64,000 bases of DNA from an uncultured virus (IMG/VR IMGVR_UViG_3300012983_000043) (lineage: Duplodnaviria > Heunggongvirae > Uroviricota > Caudoviricetes). The position numbers and the translations under genes are program-made. The number at the start of each line of letters is the position of its first letter. The stretch's first letter is position 1. The stretch is from the IMG/VR virus record IMGVR_UViG_3300012983_000043. One strand, written 5' to 3'. Positions 52,809-64,000 of the stretch are shown here, piece by piece. The notes under the pieces were generated by a model. It saw only the letters and a list, made by a program, of their open reading frames with translations. It was not told the DNA's origin and did no database searches.

Positions 52809-55224
52809 CTACTTCTCAGCAAGAGCTTTCAATGCACGAGGAACCGCTTGCTCAACAAGGAATTTCCGAGTATGTCCTTCCCAGCCGCCTTCAGAAGCAT
52901 ATTTGGCATTGAGTCCATCAACGTCATGCTTCTTGTTGATGAAGTCTTCAGTGAAAGAATAGAGGAAATGGTCAGTGCCGTTAAGAAGATTTCCAGCACA
53001 GCCACACACTTCATTGATATTCCTACCAGAGTATGCAAGGCACTGCTCATACAAGTTCTTGCACTTCATGAGCAAGTTGAAGTCATCTTTTGAGATCTTG
53101 TCCCAGAGCACTTTGTTCGTATGGGACTCTTCCATTTCTATGTGGCCGAACTTGAACATTGTATTTTACAATTTACTTCATTCTTGACATTGTCACAGCG
53201 ATCGCATAAAGCAAAATCAAGCTGTTAAGTGCTGCTTGCCATGCATGTCCAGCTTCAACATTTTTCAATATTGCACATGATGCTGCACTAATACATGCTA
53301 TTGGCAGCAGCTTGTTCCACACTTCTGAAAAAGACATGTCAACCTCCAACTACGATCTTCCTTATGCTTAGACGATGTTGAAGAGAAACTTGTCTTTCCA
53401 GTAAGAGAAGCCATTGTCTGCAAGCTCCTTGGCGATTCGCTCAACTTCGGTGTAGTGAACCTCAATTGAAGCGGCTTCAAAGAATCCTTCAACTGACTCG
53501 ATGAAGTCTTCTGCTGCACTGTCGGTGTAAGCAAGCGGATTCTTCTTTGTGCCAATGTTCTTGAGCTTCATGACGATCATGCGCCAACCAGATGCATTCT
53601 TCTTATCCATTAAACGCTCCTTTCAGCTGATGTAGTCATTCAACATCATCTCAAGCTCTTCCATTTGAGCTGGTTGAGTGACCAAGTTGTCAATTGCGTA
53701 GTTCGCGATTTCAGACACCTTTTTCAAGATTTTTTCAATTTTAGCAAACTTCGTGAGCTTTTTGCTCGCATTGTGTTTTGCTTTCATTTTCATTTTCTCC
53801 ATTTGCTGTTGACAAGGAAATCATATCAAACCATTTTGACTCTGTTCACTCAAGCTATATCATTTTTGTTCATCACAACATGGTCACAATACACACGAAC
53901 ATCTGCATTTGCTGGAAGCTTGATCTTCATCTGTTTTCTCCCTTTGCTGTTGACAAGCAGAATCATATCAAAGCTCCTCACTCTTGGCAACTAGCAAGTC
54001 ATGCAGTTCAGCAAAGTATGGCTCCATGAAGTCAAGCCAACTTCTGACTTCCGCTCTAGAGTAGAAGTGCTTTGACCATCCACTATCTTCAAACCACCTG
54101 AGTTGAATCTCGACATTAGACTTTGGCAGGCGGATTGTCGTCTCTTTGTGGACATCTAAGTCTGGGAATGGCTGGAGCTTGTCAAGAATCTGCTGGAGCT
54201 TCTCTGTTGGATAGATCTCCCAGCCAGAGCATCTTCCATGAGGAATGCCAAGAGTCTTCCTGCGTCTCTTGTCAACAGCAACTTTCAGCTCAGGTGAGTT
54301 TCCAAACTTCTCTTCAACTGCACGCTCTTCAGGATAGAGTCCCATGCTAGCTGGATAGAACTGGTAACCAAGTGAGATGAGCTTCTCAGCAAGTTCTCGA
54401 TTCCGTCTCTTTCTGCTCTTGCTCATGTTTAGAATTACATCAAATTATTCTTTTGTTGTTGACAATAAAATTATATCAAATCACTCTCTAGACTTTCACT
54501 CATTTTGGGTGTTTTTATCAATTGATGTTCTTGTCAATTGCTTCAAGAATATTAGCGCATGCTTCATACATAGAGCCATATTTATTATCAAATCGGTGGA
54601 AGTCATTCACGATGTTGTCATGTTCCTTTATCAAGAGAGTCTTGAGTTCTTCAGGAAGAATGACACGCTCATCACCATCTTTGCACTCAACAAGCATATA
54701 ATTTCCATCTTCAGAGAAGAGGTCATTGACAATGTCAGGACTAATTAGAGCAAAACTGAATGTTTCAAGAAGAGCAATAGTCATGTTTTTGTAGACACCT
54801 ACAAACTTTCCAGTCTTCTTGTTGACTTCACCACGACGGCATAGACGATACTTAGGGCTATGGACACCTTTGACTTCAAGCATAGTAATGTCAGAGTATC
54901 TCATTTGTCTTCTCCTTTTGTTGTTGACAAGACAATTATATCAAAACCAGCATTTAGATTTCACTCAACAACATTCATGTCATACCAGATGTGAAGCTCT
55001 TCACTTGTCTTCCATTTTGGATATTGTTTGTGCATTTCATAGTCAATGATAGATGCAGCAAGTGAATTATATGTTAAACGCATAATAGTTCCATATCCTG
55101 GAATATACATCTCTATTGTGCCATTATTGTTAGTTTTAAGCCATGCATGTCTTCCACAAGCATTTGATTGCAATTCAACATATGTTTCTACAAACTTCTT
55201 GATGTCCATCACCACACCTCGCAT
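52809..55224 (-). CDS. hypothetical genes (52809-53159, 53368-53610, 53968-54426, 54518-54904, 54961-about 55209)
   Basis: Track ORFs with promoter elements; tag KTSEELHIWYDMNVVE*. Confidence 0.6.
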
Positions 55225-55712
55225 ATTCTCATGTCTTTGTCATAGAAATAGATGTTCTTTGCTCGGACCATCCGCAGCATTCTCATGCAGTTTGCACAAG
55301 GCTGTGAGTTCTGGCAGTGGCATCCTCGGTCTAGACGTATGCAGTAGAATGACAGAGTTGAGCAGTCATCAATGCCGATCTTAAGAATAGAAGATATCTC
55401 AGCATGGAGAGACGGCACATATGTCTTCTCTCCGTATTTCTTGTACACAGTCTTGAGATGCCTGTTGTAGCCGCTCATGTCACGGTCATAGTCATTCAAA
55501 CCGATTGCAATGACCTGTGACTTCTTCACCGCAAAGCATGCATTGAATGTCCGACCATGACTTGTAGCACCCTTCCTGAAGAGAGCTTTAGCCAAATTGA
55601 CATACCTGTGCATTCGGTTCTTGACTGCATTGCTGTCAACAGGCTCTATGACTGCATCTACAGCATAGTGTCTAGAGCGTGTAGATGCATACTCTTTAGT
55701 GTGATGTTCCAT
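55209..55712 (-). CDS. zinc-dependent cytidine/dCMP deaminase-family protein
   Basis: LHAE and PCANC motifs. Confidence 0.8.
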   Translation of the reverse strand: MEHHTKEYASTRSRHYAVDAVIEPVDSNAVKNRMHRYVNLAKALFRKGATSHGRTFNACFAVKKSQVIAIGLNDYDRDMSGYNRHLKTVYKKYGEKTYVPSLHAEISSILKIGIDDCSTLSFYCIRLDRGCHCQNSQPCANCMRMLRMVRAKNIYFYDKDMRICEVW

Positions 55713-55786
55713 TCAGTCTCCTCTGGCTGTTGACAGTCAAATTATATCAAAAACCCCAGCTGAGATACACTCAACTGGGACTTAAA

Positions 55787-55862
55787 TGGTCCGGGTGGCT
55801 GGAATTGCACCAGCGTATGCGGGCTTATAAGACTCGTCCTAGAACTGCTAAGGGACACCCGG
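55787..55862 (-). tRNA. tRNA-Ile(UAU), second unrelated copy
   Basis: CCGGGTG/CACCCGG-A-CCA; CGAGT-CTTATAA-GCCCG (one mismatch). Confidence 0.75.
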
Positions 55863-55878
55863 TTTAAATAAACATCAT

Positions 55879-58800
55879 CTAGGGTATGACTTCAAGCACT
55901 TTCTTGATCTCATGAATGTAGACATGAGGAGTCATCGGAATCTTCTTTGCAAGCTCAACTTGAGCATTTGGCAATGAATCAGCTGACACAAACACTTCAT
56001 TCATCTCTGAAAGCTTGAATGCTGCAATTCCACCGCTAGTCAGATTAGCACCAAGTATATATTGGCACCGGTAGATGTGCTTCTCTTCAACTGGCTTTGT
56101 GAACAACTTGAAAAACCATGTAAACATTTTTACTTTCCTGTCTTGGATTCTTTTCTTATTTTGTCTTCAATCTTCATCTCATACATCAGCATAGCAACCA
56201 TGCCGCATCCAAAGCCTGAGATAAAGCCAATCACAGTAAGCATAACCATCTGAAGTTCAACTGTAGACATAGTTCACATTCCCTTCTACTTGAAATAAGA
56301 TGAAATCACACAAAGAGCTTCATTCCATGTATACTTGCCATTTGCTAGAACTCCTGGAATGTCTGGACAGCGTGGATTGACAGCATCTACAACTGATATA
56401 CTGTCAAAATAATACCAATTGGAATTAAGTCCCTTCTTCTTAGCCCATTTCTTGAAGTCCAGCTGGTTTGCAAATGTGAGTTTAGTGTTTTCCATCTGTT
56501 GTCTCTTTCTGTTGTTGACAATGAAATCATATCAAATAGATATGATGTCATTCACTCAACCAGCTGACTTCTATCTCTTCAATGTTCCACTCACAGCCAT
56601 CAACGTCATCGAGTGTTTTCCAATCGTACTTTGCGCTCATTTTGTCAAAATCTACTACAATTGGCATTCCCGCGCGCTCATCAACCCAATGTTCAATGTC
56701 AGCCTTGACTGCAGCTTCAGCATCTTCCTTTGATTTGCAAACTTCAAGTACACGAGCTTTGCCATCACATGTCTCACCATAGTCTACAAATGTAGCAATC
56801 CATAACTTCATTGTTTGTCTCCTTTTGTTTTGACAAAGCAATTTTATCAAATAAACATAGGATCATTCACTCAATTGAATCATCCCATATCAATGTCACT
56901 TCAACTACTTTGAACTCAGCTTTCTCTTCTTCTGGCATGCTGATGATGTTCTTCTTCAGCTCATCAAGAAGTTCAAGAGCCTCACTCTTGTATGAGCAAA
57001 GACTTCCAAATATCTCACTGCCAGTCTTGTGGACTGCATATTTTATGCATGTCTTCTTCATACTTTTGTCATGTCATGATCCAATGAACGCTATAGAGAA
57101 GTCAAGGCTGTCAGGGCACGCACCGCATTCATCTTGAAGATATGCCATGAGGATGTCCTTCAGGTCATTGTATCCAAACAGCACTCCATCATTGTTCTTC
57201 AAGAACTCAGTTCTGATATGCTTGTCAAAAGTTGAAGGGTGGTCAAAATTGCTAGGCCACTTGACTTTAGTGAATTTGATGACTGCTTCTTCAGCCATGG
57301 ACATATCCCTTCTCAATCATAGCTTTCTCAATTCGAAGCTGAACATAGTCTTCGAGAGCATGATCAAACAATTTAGCGTTGCTTGTTCTTTCTGACCATG
57401 TAAGGCAGTTTTCACGAACTAGAAAGACATGACGCATTGCAGTATGTGCTTTCATTGTCATGTCATTCACTTCTTCAAGCCGCGTCTTCATGATGTCTCC
57501 TTTCAAACTTCAATTTCCTGAAGGCCGAAGCCCTTATGGCAGAAGCCATAGTTGTCAGAGAGCCAGTCACTGACAGCATCTTCAACTTCATCCATAGAAG
57601 CATTCATGGAAAGTCCAAGGCCCATAGAAGTGAGCATGATATTGCATGGAAGATGGTCTGCTTTGACTGGATAGCCATTGTCATCTGTCTTGTCCCACTG
57701 GATGTTGGTCACCTCGAAAGTTCGAGGGTAGAGCTCTTCATCAAGAAGAGCATATCCAATTGCCTGAAGCACAATCTTAGCTTCATCAGCTTCAACGCCG
57801 TTGTCAATGAGAATCTTCTCAGCAGCTTCAATCTTCTCTTTTGTGATCATTTGTTTTCTCCTTTGCTTGTTTGGTTGACAAAAGCTAAATCACTTCTTGA
57901 TTTTGCCGTCTCGAGTGAATTTGGTCTGGACAAGCTTGCCGTTGACCATGCGCCAGAACGTTGCTTTGGGATCAACCATGCCGTCAAAGCTTGCAAGATT
58001 GACAGCTTCACGAGCTTCTTTCTTCGCCTTCTTCACTGTGTTGAAAGGCGTGCCACGGCAGTAGTCGCCATACGGGCCGTCACAGCACCAGAGCTCTTTG
58101 CCATCCATGAGATAGCATTCACGGTCATTGGCATTCCACCAAGCAACAGAGCCATCATCTTCAGAGTGGACTCTCACGTAGATTTCCATCATTTTTGAAT
58201 CTCCTTTTTGTTGTTGACAGTGAAATTATATCAAAATGAATTTGACATATTCACTCAACTGATTAGATCTGGAAATACTGCCAGTAGCACTTGATGCCGT
58301 TCTTGAGCTCAACACAGTAGTAGTCAAGCGTCTTGGGCTTGATCCATCCCAAGTCAATGCCATCATAGAGCTTGCACACATGCTGAGCATCCTGCTCAAT
58401 ATGCTTCTTAGCAGCATTGATAGTCCTGTACTTCTGCATGCACATAGAAGCAAGCTTGTCATTGTCTTTGCGAAACACAACTGTGACCATTTGAACCTCC
58501 TTTTGCTGTTGACAGGGAAATCATATCAAAAAACATCTTAGACTTTCACTCAACCTTCATGTGAAAGAAGTCATATTCAATTGCAAGAGTCTCAATGGTC
58601 TCATCGGGCTTTATGAAAGGCGTGTCTCCCCAGCTCTCATACAGCTCTTTTCCAGTCGCTAGCGCAGCTTCAAGCCAGATTCGCTTGAAGTCATTTCTTG
58701 GAAGTGACTTGAACTGCCACATAGTCAATGTATTGTGCCGATAGCCCTTTGTGCTTTCAAAGTCTGATCGCGGCATCTTCTCTTCTACTATGCATTTTAT

Positions 58801-59314
58801 GTCTCTTTGGTTGTGCATAGATAGAATGTCGTGCTGTTCTCTATATATTCCGAAATGCTTAAGATTATAGAGCTCTAAATACACAAGATCAATTGCAATG
58901 CTGTTGTCTGAGCAAAGTCTGAATATGAGCTTGGGTTGGTATTTGAAGCGCGCCATCACCATCTTCCATGCTGACTCAACAGCTTTGTCATCTTGCTTTT
59001 TTGTCATTGATTTGCTCCAGTTTCATTGGACATGCTGCTGAAGTCAATGTTCTCTTTAGACATGCAATATAGTTCACCGAGTGTATATTCATATGCTAGA
59101 AGCTCACGCCATTCTTTGAGAGTCTTTCCCATGTAGACTACATTCTCATACATCACTCATCATCTCCTTCATCCACCGGCCAGTCACATGTCCTGCACAT
59201 GTCTTCAATGTCATCTTCGGACATCTCAGCAATGCACTCTCGAGCAATCTCTTCCCACGAAAGAATGCCGTTCTCAGCAAGTTCAATGACTTGGCTTGCG
59301 TATTTTGCTCCCAT
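55879..59314 (-). CDS. array of about 12 small hypothetical genes, most with their own promoter element and AGGAG RBS
   Basis: Track ORFs 55879, 56286, 56548, 56867, 57074, 57291, 57503, 57890, 58263, 58546, 59153. Confidence 0.65.
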
Positions 59315-59456
59315 TTTCAATCTCCTTTTGTTGTTGACAGTCAAATAATATCATAAGTCTATACGCATTTTCACTCAACAGATGAGTGAAACATAATATG
59401 TCAATTTGATATAATTTAAGCTGTAAATTAAAAATTCTCAAAAAGGAGATCATATA

Positions 59457-59798
59457 ATGCATGTTCATGTTAAAGTGTCAAGATACATTGACTTGAAAGA
59501 CATAAAGAACACTCAAAAGCGAGTGCTGCTTGCTCTTAAGTCATGCCGTTCAAACACTTGTTTGTTTGCAACTCCACACAATGACTTGCATGTTGCACTT
59601 GGAATCAAGTCATATGCACAATTGAAAAGCATTCTTGATAATTTGAAGAAAAAGGGATTAGTTGGCAATTCTGTTGATGACAATCATAAATGGCATCTCA
59701 CAGAAGATGGACACAATAAAATAGAGTCATACATCAATTCTCTAGATGAACACACAGCAAAATGCAAAGTTCCCAGCCAAACAGAATTTCTCATCTAA
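59457..59798 (+). CDS. winged-helix-like protein
   Basis: LDNLKKKGLV...WHLTEDG; AAAAGGAGA RBS; + strand promoter element at about 59381-59417. Confidence 0.65.
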   Translation: MHVHVKVSRYIDLKDIKNTQKRVLLALKSCRSNTCLFATPHNDLHVALGIKSYAQLKSILDNLKKKGLVGNSVDDNHKWHLTEDGHNKIESYINSLDEHTAKCKVPSQTEFLI

Positions 59799-59923
59799 AT
59801 AGATAACTTGAGGTCCACTTCCCTCATTCATGAAGTGGTGAGTCATGTGCACAAACCCTAAGGCGAATGAAATCTCGCTTTAGGGTTTTTGATTATGCAA
59901 AAATATGTATAATGAATAATGAC

Positions 59924-60292
59924 ATGCACAAAAAAGCAACATCATTTGAAGAGCTGAAGAAGACATGGAGAGACAAGAAAGCGCTTCTAAAATGCTATGC
60001 AGAATCTTGCAAAGGAGAAATCATTGAGACTCATGATGATTGGGACATAATAGTTCGGATTGCAAATCGTGTCTCTCCAGGCTATTCAATAAGAGGCATC
60101 ATGTACACATCGGTTGGTTCAAACTTTCCTGAAGTGTATGATGAGCTGCTGTCAATGGTCATGTCTTCACATGGATGGAAGACAATTGAAGAGATGAAAG
60201 TGTGGATTGACTTGCATATTGTCAATAGCTCAAGTACTTGCCATTCAGAATGTTGTCTAAAAAGTACTGCTAGTCAATCCAGTGCAGTATAG
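59924..60292 (+). CDS. hypothetical protein with tag
   Basis: KTIEEMKVWIDLH; start approximate. Confidence 0.6.
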   Translation: MHKKATSFEELKKTWRDKKALLKCYAESCKGEIIETHDDWDIIVRIANRVSPGYSIRGIMYTSVGSNFPEVYDELLSMVMSSHGWKTIEEMKVWIDLHIVNSSSTCHSECCLKSTASQSSAV

Positions 60293-60821
60293 CGTCTAGC
60301 TTGACAACATCAATGTCAATCATCTCGCCATTTTCGATGTGCTCTTTGACAATCTGTTCATATGCTTTCTTAGCGTCAATGATTGTGTAGTATGCTTGCT
60401 TAGTGACTTTCTTGATTGTATCGCTCTTGAAGAAGTCAGCACGCTGCTCAACAGTCAATTCAGCTTTTGGTGAGTTCTCTATCTTGACATCCCACAAACC
60501 TCTGTTGTTGTCAAACCAGAGAAGATACTTCATGTCGTCATTGACATTCTCTAGCTTGAATTGAGCTATCTTGTAGTAGCATGCTTCAACATTGTGCATG
60601 AGGTTGTCTTCAAGCTGTTTAATGTCAATGAGGCTCCATCCTTTGTCAATGGCAATCTATGCAAGATTAGTCCATGAGTCTGCCTTAGGGTAGCTGTAGC
60701 CGAAGCACAAAGCGCTTCTCAAGTCAAGACCGTCAAACTCATTGATTGGCTCTTCATTTATGTCAGTCTCTTCATCTGCCTCTGCAAGAATGTCTCTGGG
60801 AAATCTGCTTTCATCTATCAT
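60222..60821 (-). CDS. hypothetical protein, TAG-recoded (199 aa)
   Basis: Extends the track ORF at both ends through 2 TAG; GTAAATA at 60830-60836. Confidence 0.7.
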
Positions 60822-60903
60822 AGTGATTTTATTTACTTACAAAATGACAAAAGCCGGGCATTGTGCCCGGCTTTTGCGTTCATCATCTTGGCTGTGTTTT
60901 ATC

Positions 60904-63227
60904 TTATCCAGCGAGCTCACCTTCTTCAGTGCACTCTTCATAAGTCTCACCAAAGTCATCAGTCAAGAACAGCTTCACTTCACGGTCATTGTAGTCAATT
61001 CCAAGGCATTCACAGGTTTTCTTGCATTCTTCAATGCATTCTTCAATAGTGTCATAGCCAATGCTCAATGCGCCAGTGAAGATTTTGAAATGGTAAGTCT
61101 TGTTCATTTGTTTTCTCCTTTTGTTGTTGACAGAAGAATCATATCAAAAACTGATTGAGTTGTTCACTCAACAGGCAAAGTCTCTTAATGCTTGTCATAC
61201 TTGATTCTGAGATTGACATGCCATCAACATTCTGCATTTTTCGCACGGTCAGTTACCAGCCGCGTTCTTCGGACAGGTATTCGACAAAGTAGGCCGGCAT
61301 GTAGTCGACGAGCGTCCTGACGGCCTTCTCCCACATTTTCGGGTCCCGTTCGCATATTTCCAGGACGTGCGGCCTGATCAGGTCGCAGTTGTACAGGTAC
61401 GACTCCAGGGGAAGTTCCCAGCCGTTGCGCCTGCAGGCATTCTCTATGTCATCGAATGCCATGTCGTCGAGGCAGTCCCTCGCGACCGTTTCCCACTTCT
61501 TCGGGTTCTCCTCGCACAGTTCGTAGACTTCGATCTTGGTCATATTCAATTCTCTTTCTTGAGTGGTTAGTTGACAATGAAATTATATCAAATCTAAAAA
61601 TAGAAGTTCACTCAACTGCTGTTCTGCTAGAGGCTGTCTGATGATTCATTTTTATGACAATATGATTTATAATCAATATATCCACAATCATTCTGAATGA
61701 ACATGTGATGGAAACGTGAAGGGCCTGAAAAACCTTAGGCTGTCTATGAAAACAAAAAAGGGAGCCGGCACCCACCGGCTCCCGCAACCATTAGGAGAAA
61801 AAATCTTCACTTGAAGCACTCAGCCAAAAACTTCAGGCCGTAGTGCAAGCATGCGGCGCGTCGCCGCGCCCTCTTGTCTTCATCCGTGATGCTCTTGTTC
61901 ATGCGCTCTGCAAGCTCTCGCATCTTGATGCCAGCATTTGAAGTGGTGCACATGCCGACACAATTAGACAAGCCCGCATTTGCTTTGTTGATGATGTCAA
62001 CAATGCGTTTCTCATCTTTGTCACGAGGCTGTTCAAGCACCACATAAGACTCAAATGGAAATAGAGGATCAAGATCACCATGAAGAAGACGTCGAGCAAA
62101 CTGCTTTTGAGCGTTCTCATTTGTAGCGCCGACTGCAATCAACATAGGTGAAAGCTTGATCTCTGTCAGCTTCGAGTCAAATGCTTGCTGTCGCCGCTCA
62201 TTCTCTTCACGCTCCATCTTGACTTTCAGCTGCTCAGCTGGTGTGATTGCAAGTGCAAAGCAGATGACAACGTACGGATTGTTCTTCTCACGACGTCCCT
62301 TCACAACTCGGATGTACTTGCCGCCAATTGACTTGATCTTGTCTATATAGCAGTCAACTTCATTGCGCGTGACGCCGTAAAGAGCATGCGTAGACACAGG
62401 GTCAAATGTTGTCTGAACATACTTGCCATACGCACTGCCGCCTTGGCCGGTGATGAGATAGCAGATTTCACTGCAGGACTTCGTTGTGGGAATGACTTTA
62501 GCCATTTGTTTTCTCTTTATTGGTTGGTTGACAGTGAAATAATATCAAAAAACTGAAAATACGTTCACTCAACTGATTGAGCGTCAATGATCTTGCAAAT
62601 GACGTCATCAATGCTATCAACTTCATATTCAGCGCTAAGTGCTTGTCCAGCATAGTGCTTCTTCAATGCGGCTGAGCATTCAGCTCTAAGCGAGTCTATG
62701 TCAGGCTTTGTGAAAGCTGTGTCAATCGGCACAACTACAGACTCATTGCCATTGTCCATGAAAGCTCTCTTCAACTTGACGCCGATCATCATGCGTCACC
62801 TCTCTTTCTTGTCTAGCTTGCACTTCTCAAGTTTGCCCTTTTCAGCAAGCTTCTTGCACTTCTCATAGTGAGGGCACTCACCGCAGTACTCAATCTGGTC
62901 ACTAGCCATTTTTTTCATCTCCTTTTGGTTGTTGACAAGAAAATTATATCAAGATTATTTGATTTTATTCACTCAACTGAAATGACAAAAAGGCATGTCC
63001 GCAACTGCGGGCATGCCCCATTGTTTCAACCAGGAGAAAAATCACCAGGGAGCTTCCTCTTTGCCGATTGTGAGCTTCTCATTCTTGAACATTCCGTTCT
63101 TCTTCCAGAAGTCAAGATGAGCCTTTGCCTCAGCACGAGTTGCATAGCCTTCTCCAGCCCAAGCTGAGTTAGCGAACTCGCCACAGGGATTGTTTGTCTC
63201 AATTACGTACATGATGTTCTTAGCCAT
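60904..63227 (-). CDS. hypothetical genes (60904-61107, 61253-about 61543, 61807-62505, 62565-62792, 63042-63227)
   Basis: Track ORFs, promoter elements, terminators at 60851, 61755 and 62987. Confidence 0.65.
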
Positions 63228-63714
63228 TTGGAATCTCCTTTGAGATTTTATTGACAATTAAATCATATCAAAATCAATTTGGTTTATTCACTCAACCATG
63301 AACATCCATCCATGAGCTTTAGCGACTTCAACTGCATGCTCTCGTCTAGTGAATGCACACCAGTCTTTTCCGTCTAGGGTGTAGCAATGCCATTTGCCGT
63401 TCACAAACGTGATTGTTGCCATATAAGCTCCTGTGTTTTCTCTTTTAGATTGCTTTGAAGTTCTTCATGACCTCAAGTCGAGCATTTATCACTTCAGATT
63501 CAACATGCTTGTCAATAAAGCTTCATTATCTTTTCTATAGTATATGCTTTTTCCGCAGTAAGTGTCATTGGAGCTAACTCAAGCAGCTTGTCAAATATCT
63601 CATTTTTAAGATTTCTGTTCATTGTCTTTCTCCTCACTTATTGACTTCACAATAGTGTCATGGCAGCTCTTCAACGGCATTTGCTCTCTCTTTACTTGAG
63701 AATTTTTTTTTTGC

Positions 63715-64000
63715 TTAGTGATACAGCGCTAAGCCTTCGCTGAAGACCTTCATCGGAATCGTGATCTTATGGCCGAACTCATCAGCACGGTTAGCATTGA
63801 GCCAGTCGGCCCAGTACTGAGCGACCTCTTTCTTGTGGGCGTTGTCGATGTACTTGTACTCCTTCTCGCAGCTGCCAAAGCGCTAACGACCGCCTGCAGT
63901 CTCGAAATTCTTCGCCCACTCACGGTCGTAAATAGCAAACACATAGCCAAGGTCACGGAGCCTCCATCCCTGACGGCTGTACGAATACTGCTTGACTTTG
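63715..64000 (-). CDS. 3' part of a hypothetical gene with one in-frame TAG
   Basis: KVKQYSYSRQGWRLRDLGYVFAIYDREW...GGR(Q)RFG...LALYH*. Confidence 0.55.

Larger units (their letters stand above)
3880..63296 (-). repeat. dispersed repeat family GTTGAGTGAA-N~13-TTTTGATATAATT-N~4-TGTCAAC (about 50 copies by manual count)
   Basis: Examples near 4762, 6857, 7399, 9227, 12008, 20325, 21102, 31277, 43753, 49818, 52281, 54936, 58225, 58520, 61582, 62539, 62943, 63262; + strand copies at about 10062 and 59381. Confidence 0.9.

Noticed and set aside
3880..63296. Repeated element as CRISPR array or true integron attC sites
   Set aside because: Copies are degenerate and separated by whole genes; there is no RYYYAAC...GTTRRRY order or long attC hairpin, and no cas or intI gene in the window

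Overview
A 64 kb accessory or early region of a large AT-rich bacteriophage (jumbo-like; host not determinable from this window). It is packed mostly with short minus-strand hypothetical genes. The phage reads TAG as a sense codon, most likely Gln. The supplied standard-code ORF track therefore fragments two TnpB genes, three free-standing endonucleases, a kinase-like gene, an XhlA/holin-like gene and others. The standout feature is in the tRNA cluster (33.4-40.1 kb). Five tRNA genes (Lys-UUU, Arg-UCU, Ala-UGC, Asn-GUU, Met-CAU) are each interrupted inside the anticodon loop by a complete 72-78 nt tRNA or tRNA-like cloverleaf. One insert is a canonical tRNA-Thr(UGU). Exact removal of each insert restores a perfect 7-nt loop. 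A T4 Rnl1-like RNA ligase, a PNK-like kinase and two metallophosphoesterases are encoded in the same window, suggesting a previously undescribed nested-tRNA splicing system. Other notable structure: about 50 copies of a 47-bp promoter-like element whose TGA often serves as the stop codon of the upstream gene; a C-terminal peptide tag shared by more than 20 mostly unrelated proteins; GTAAATA late-type promoters that mark the TAG-containing genes; anti-Shine-Dalgarno 3' trailers; and a five-gene fragmented helicase/nuclease/methyltransferase locus. All calls are by eye, with no database searches.
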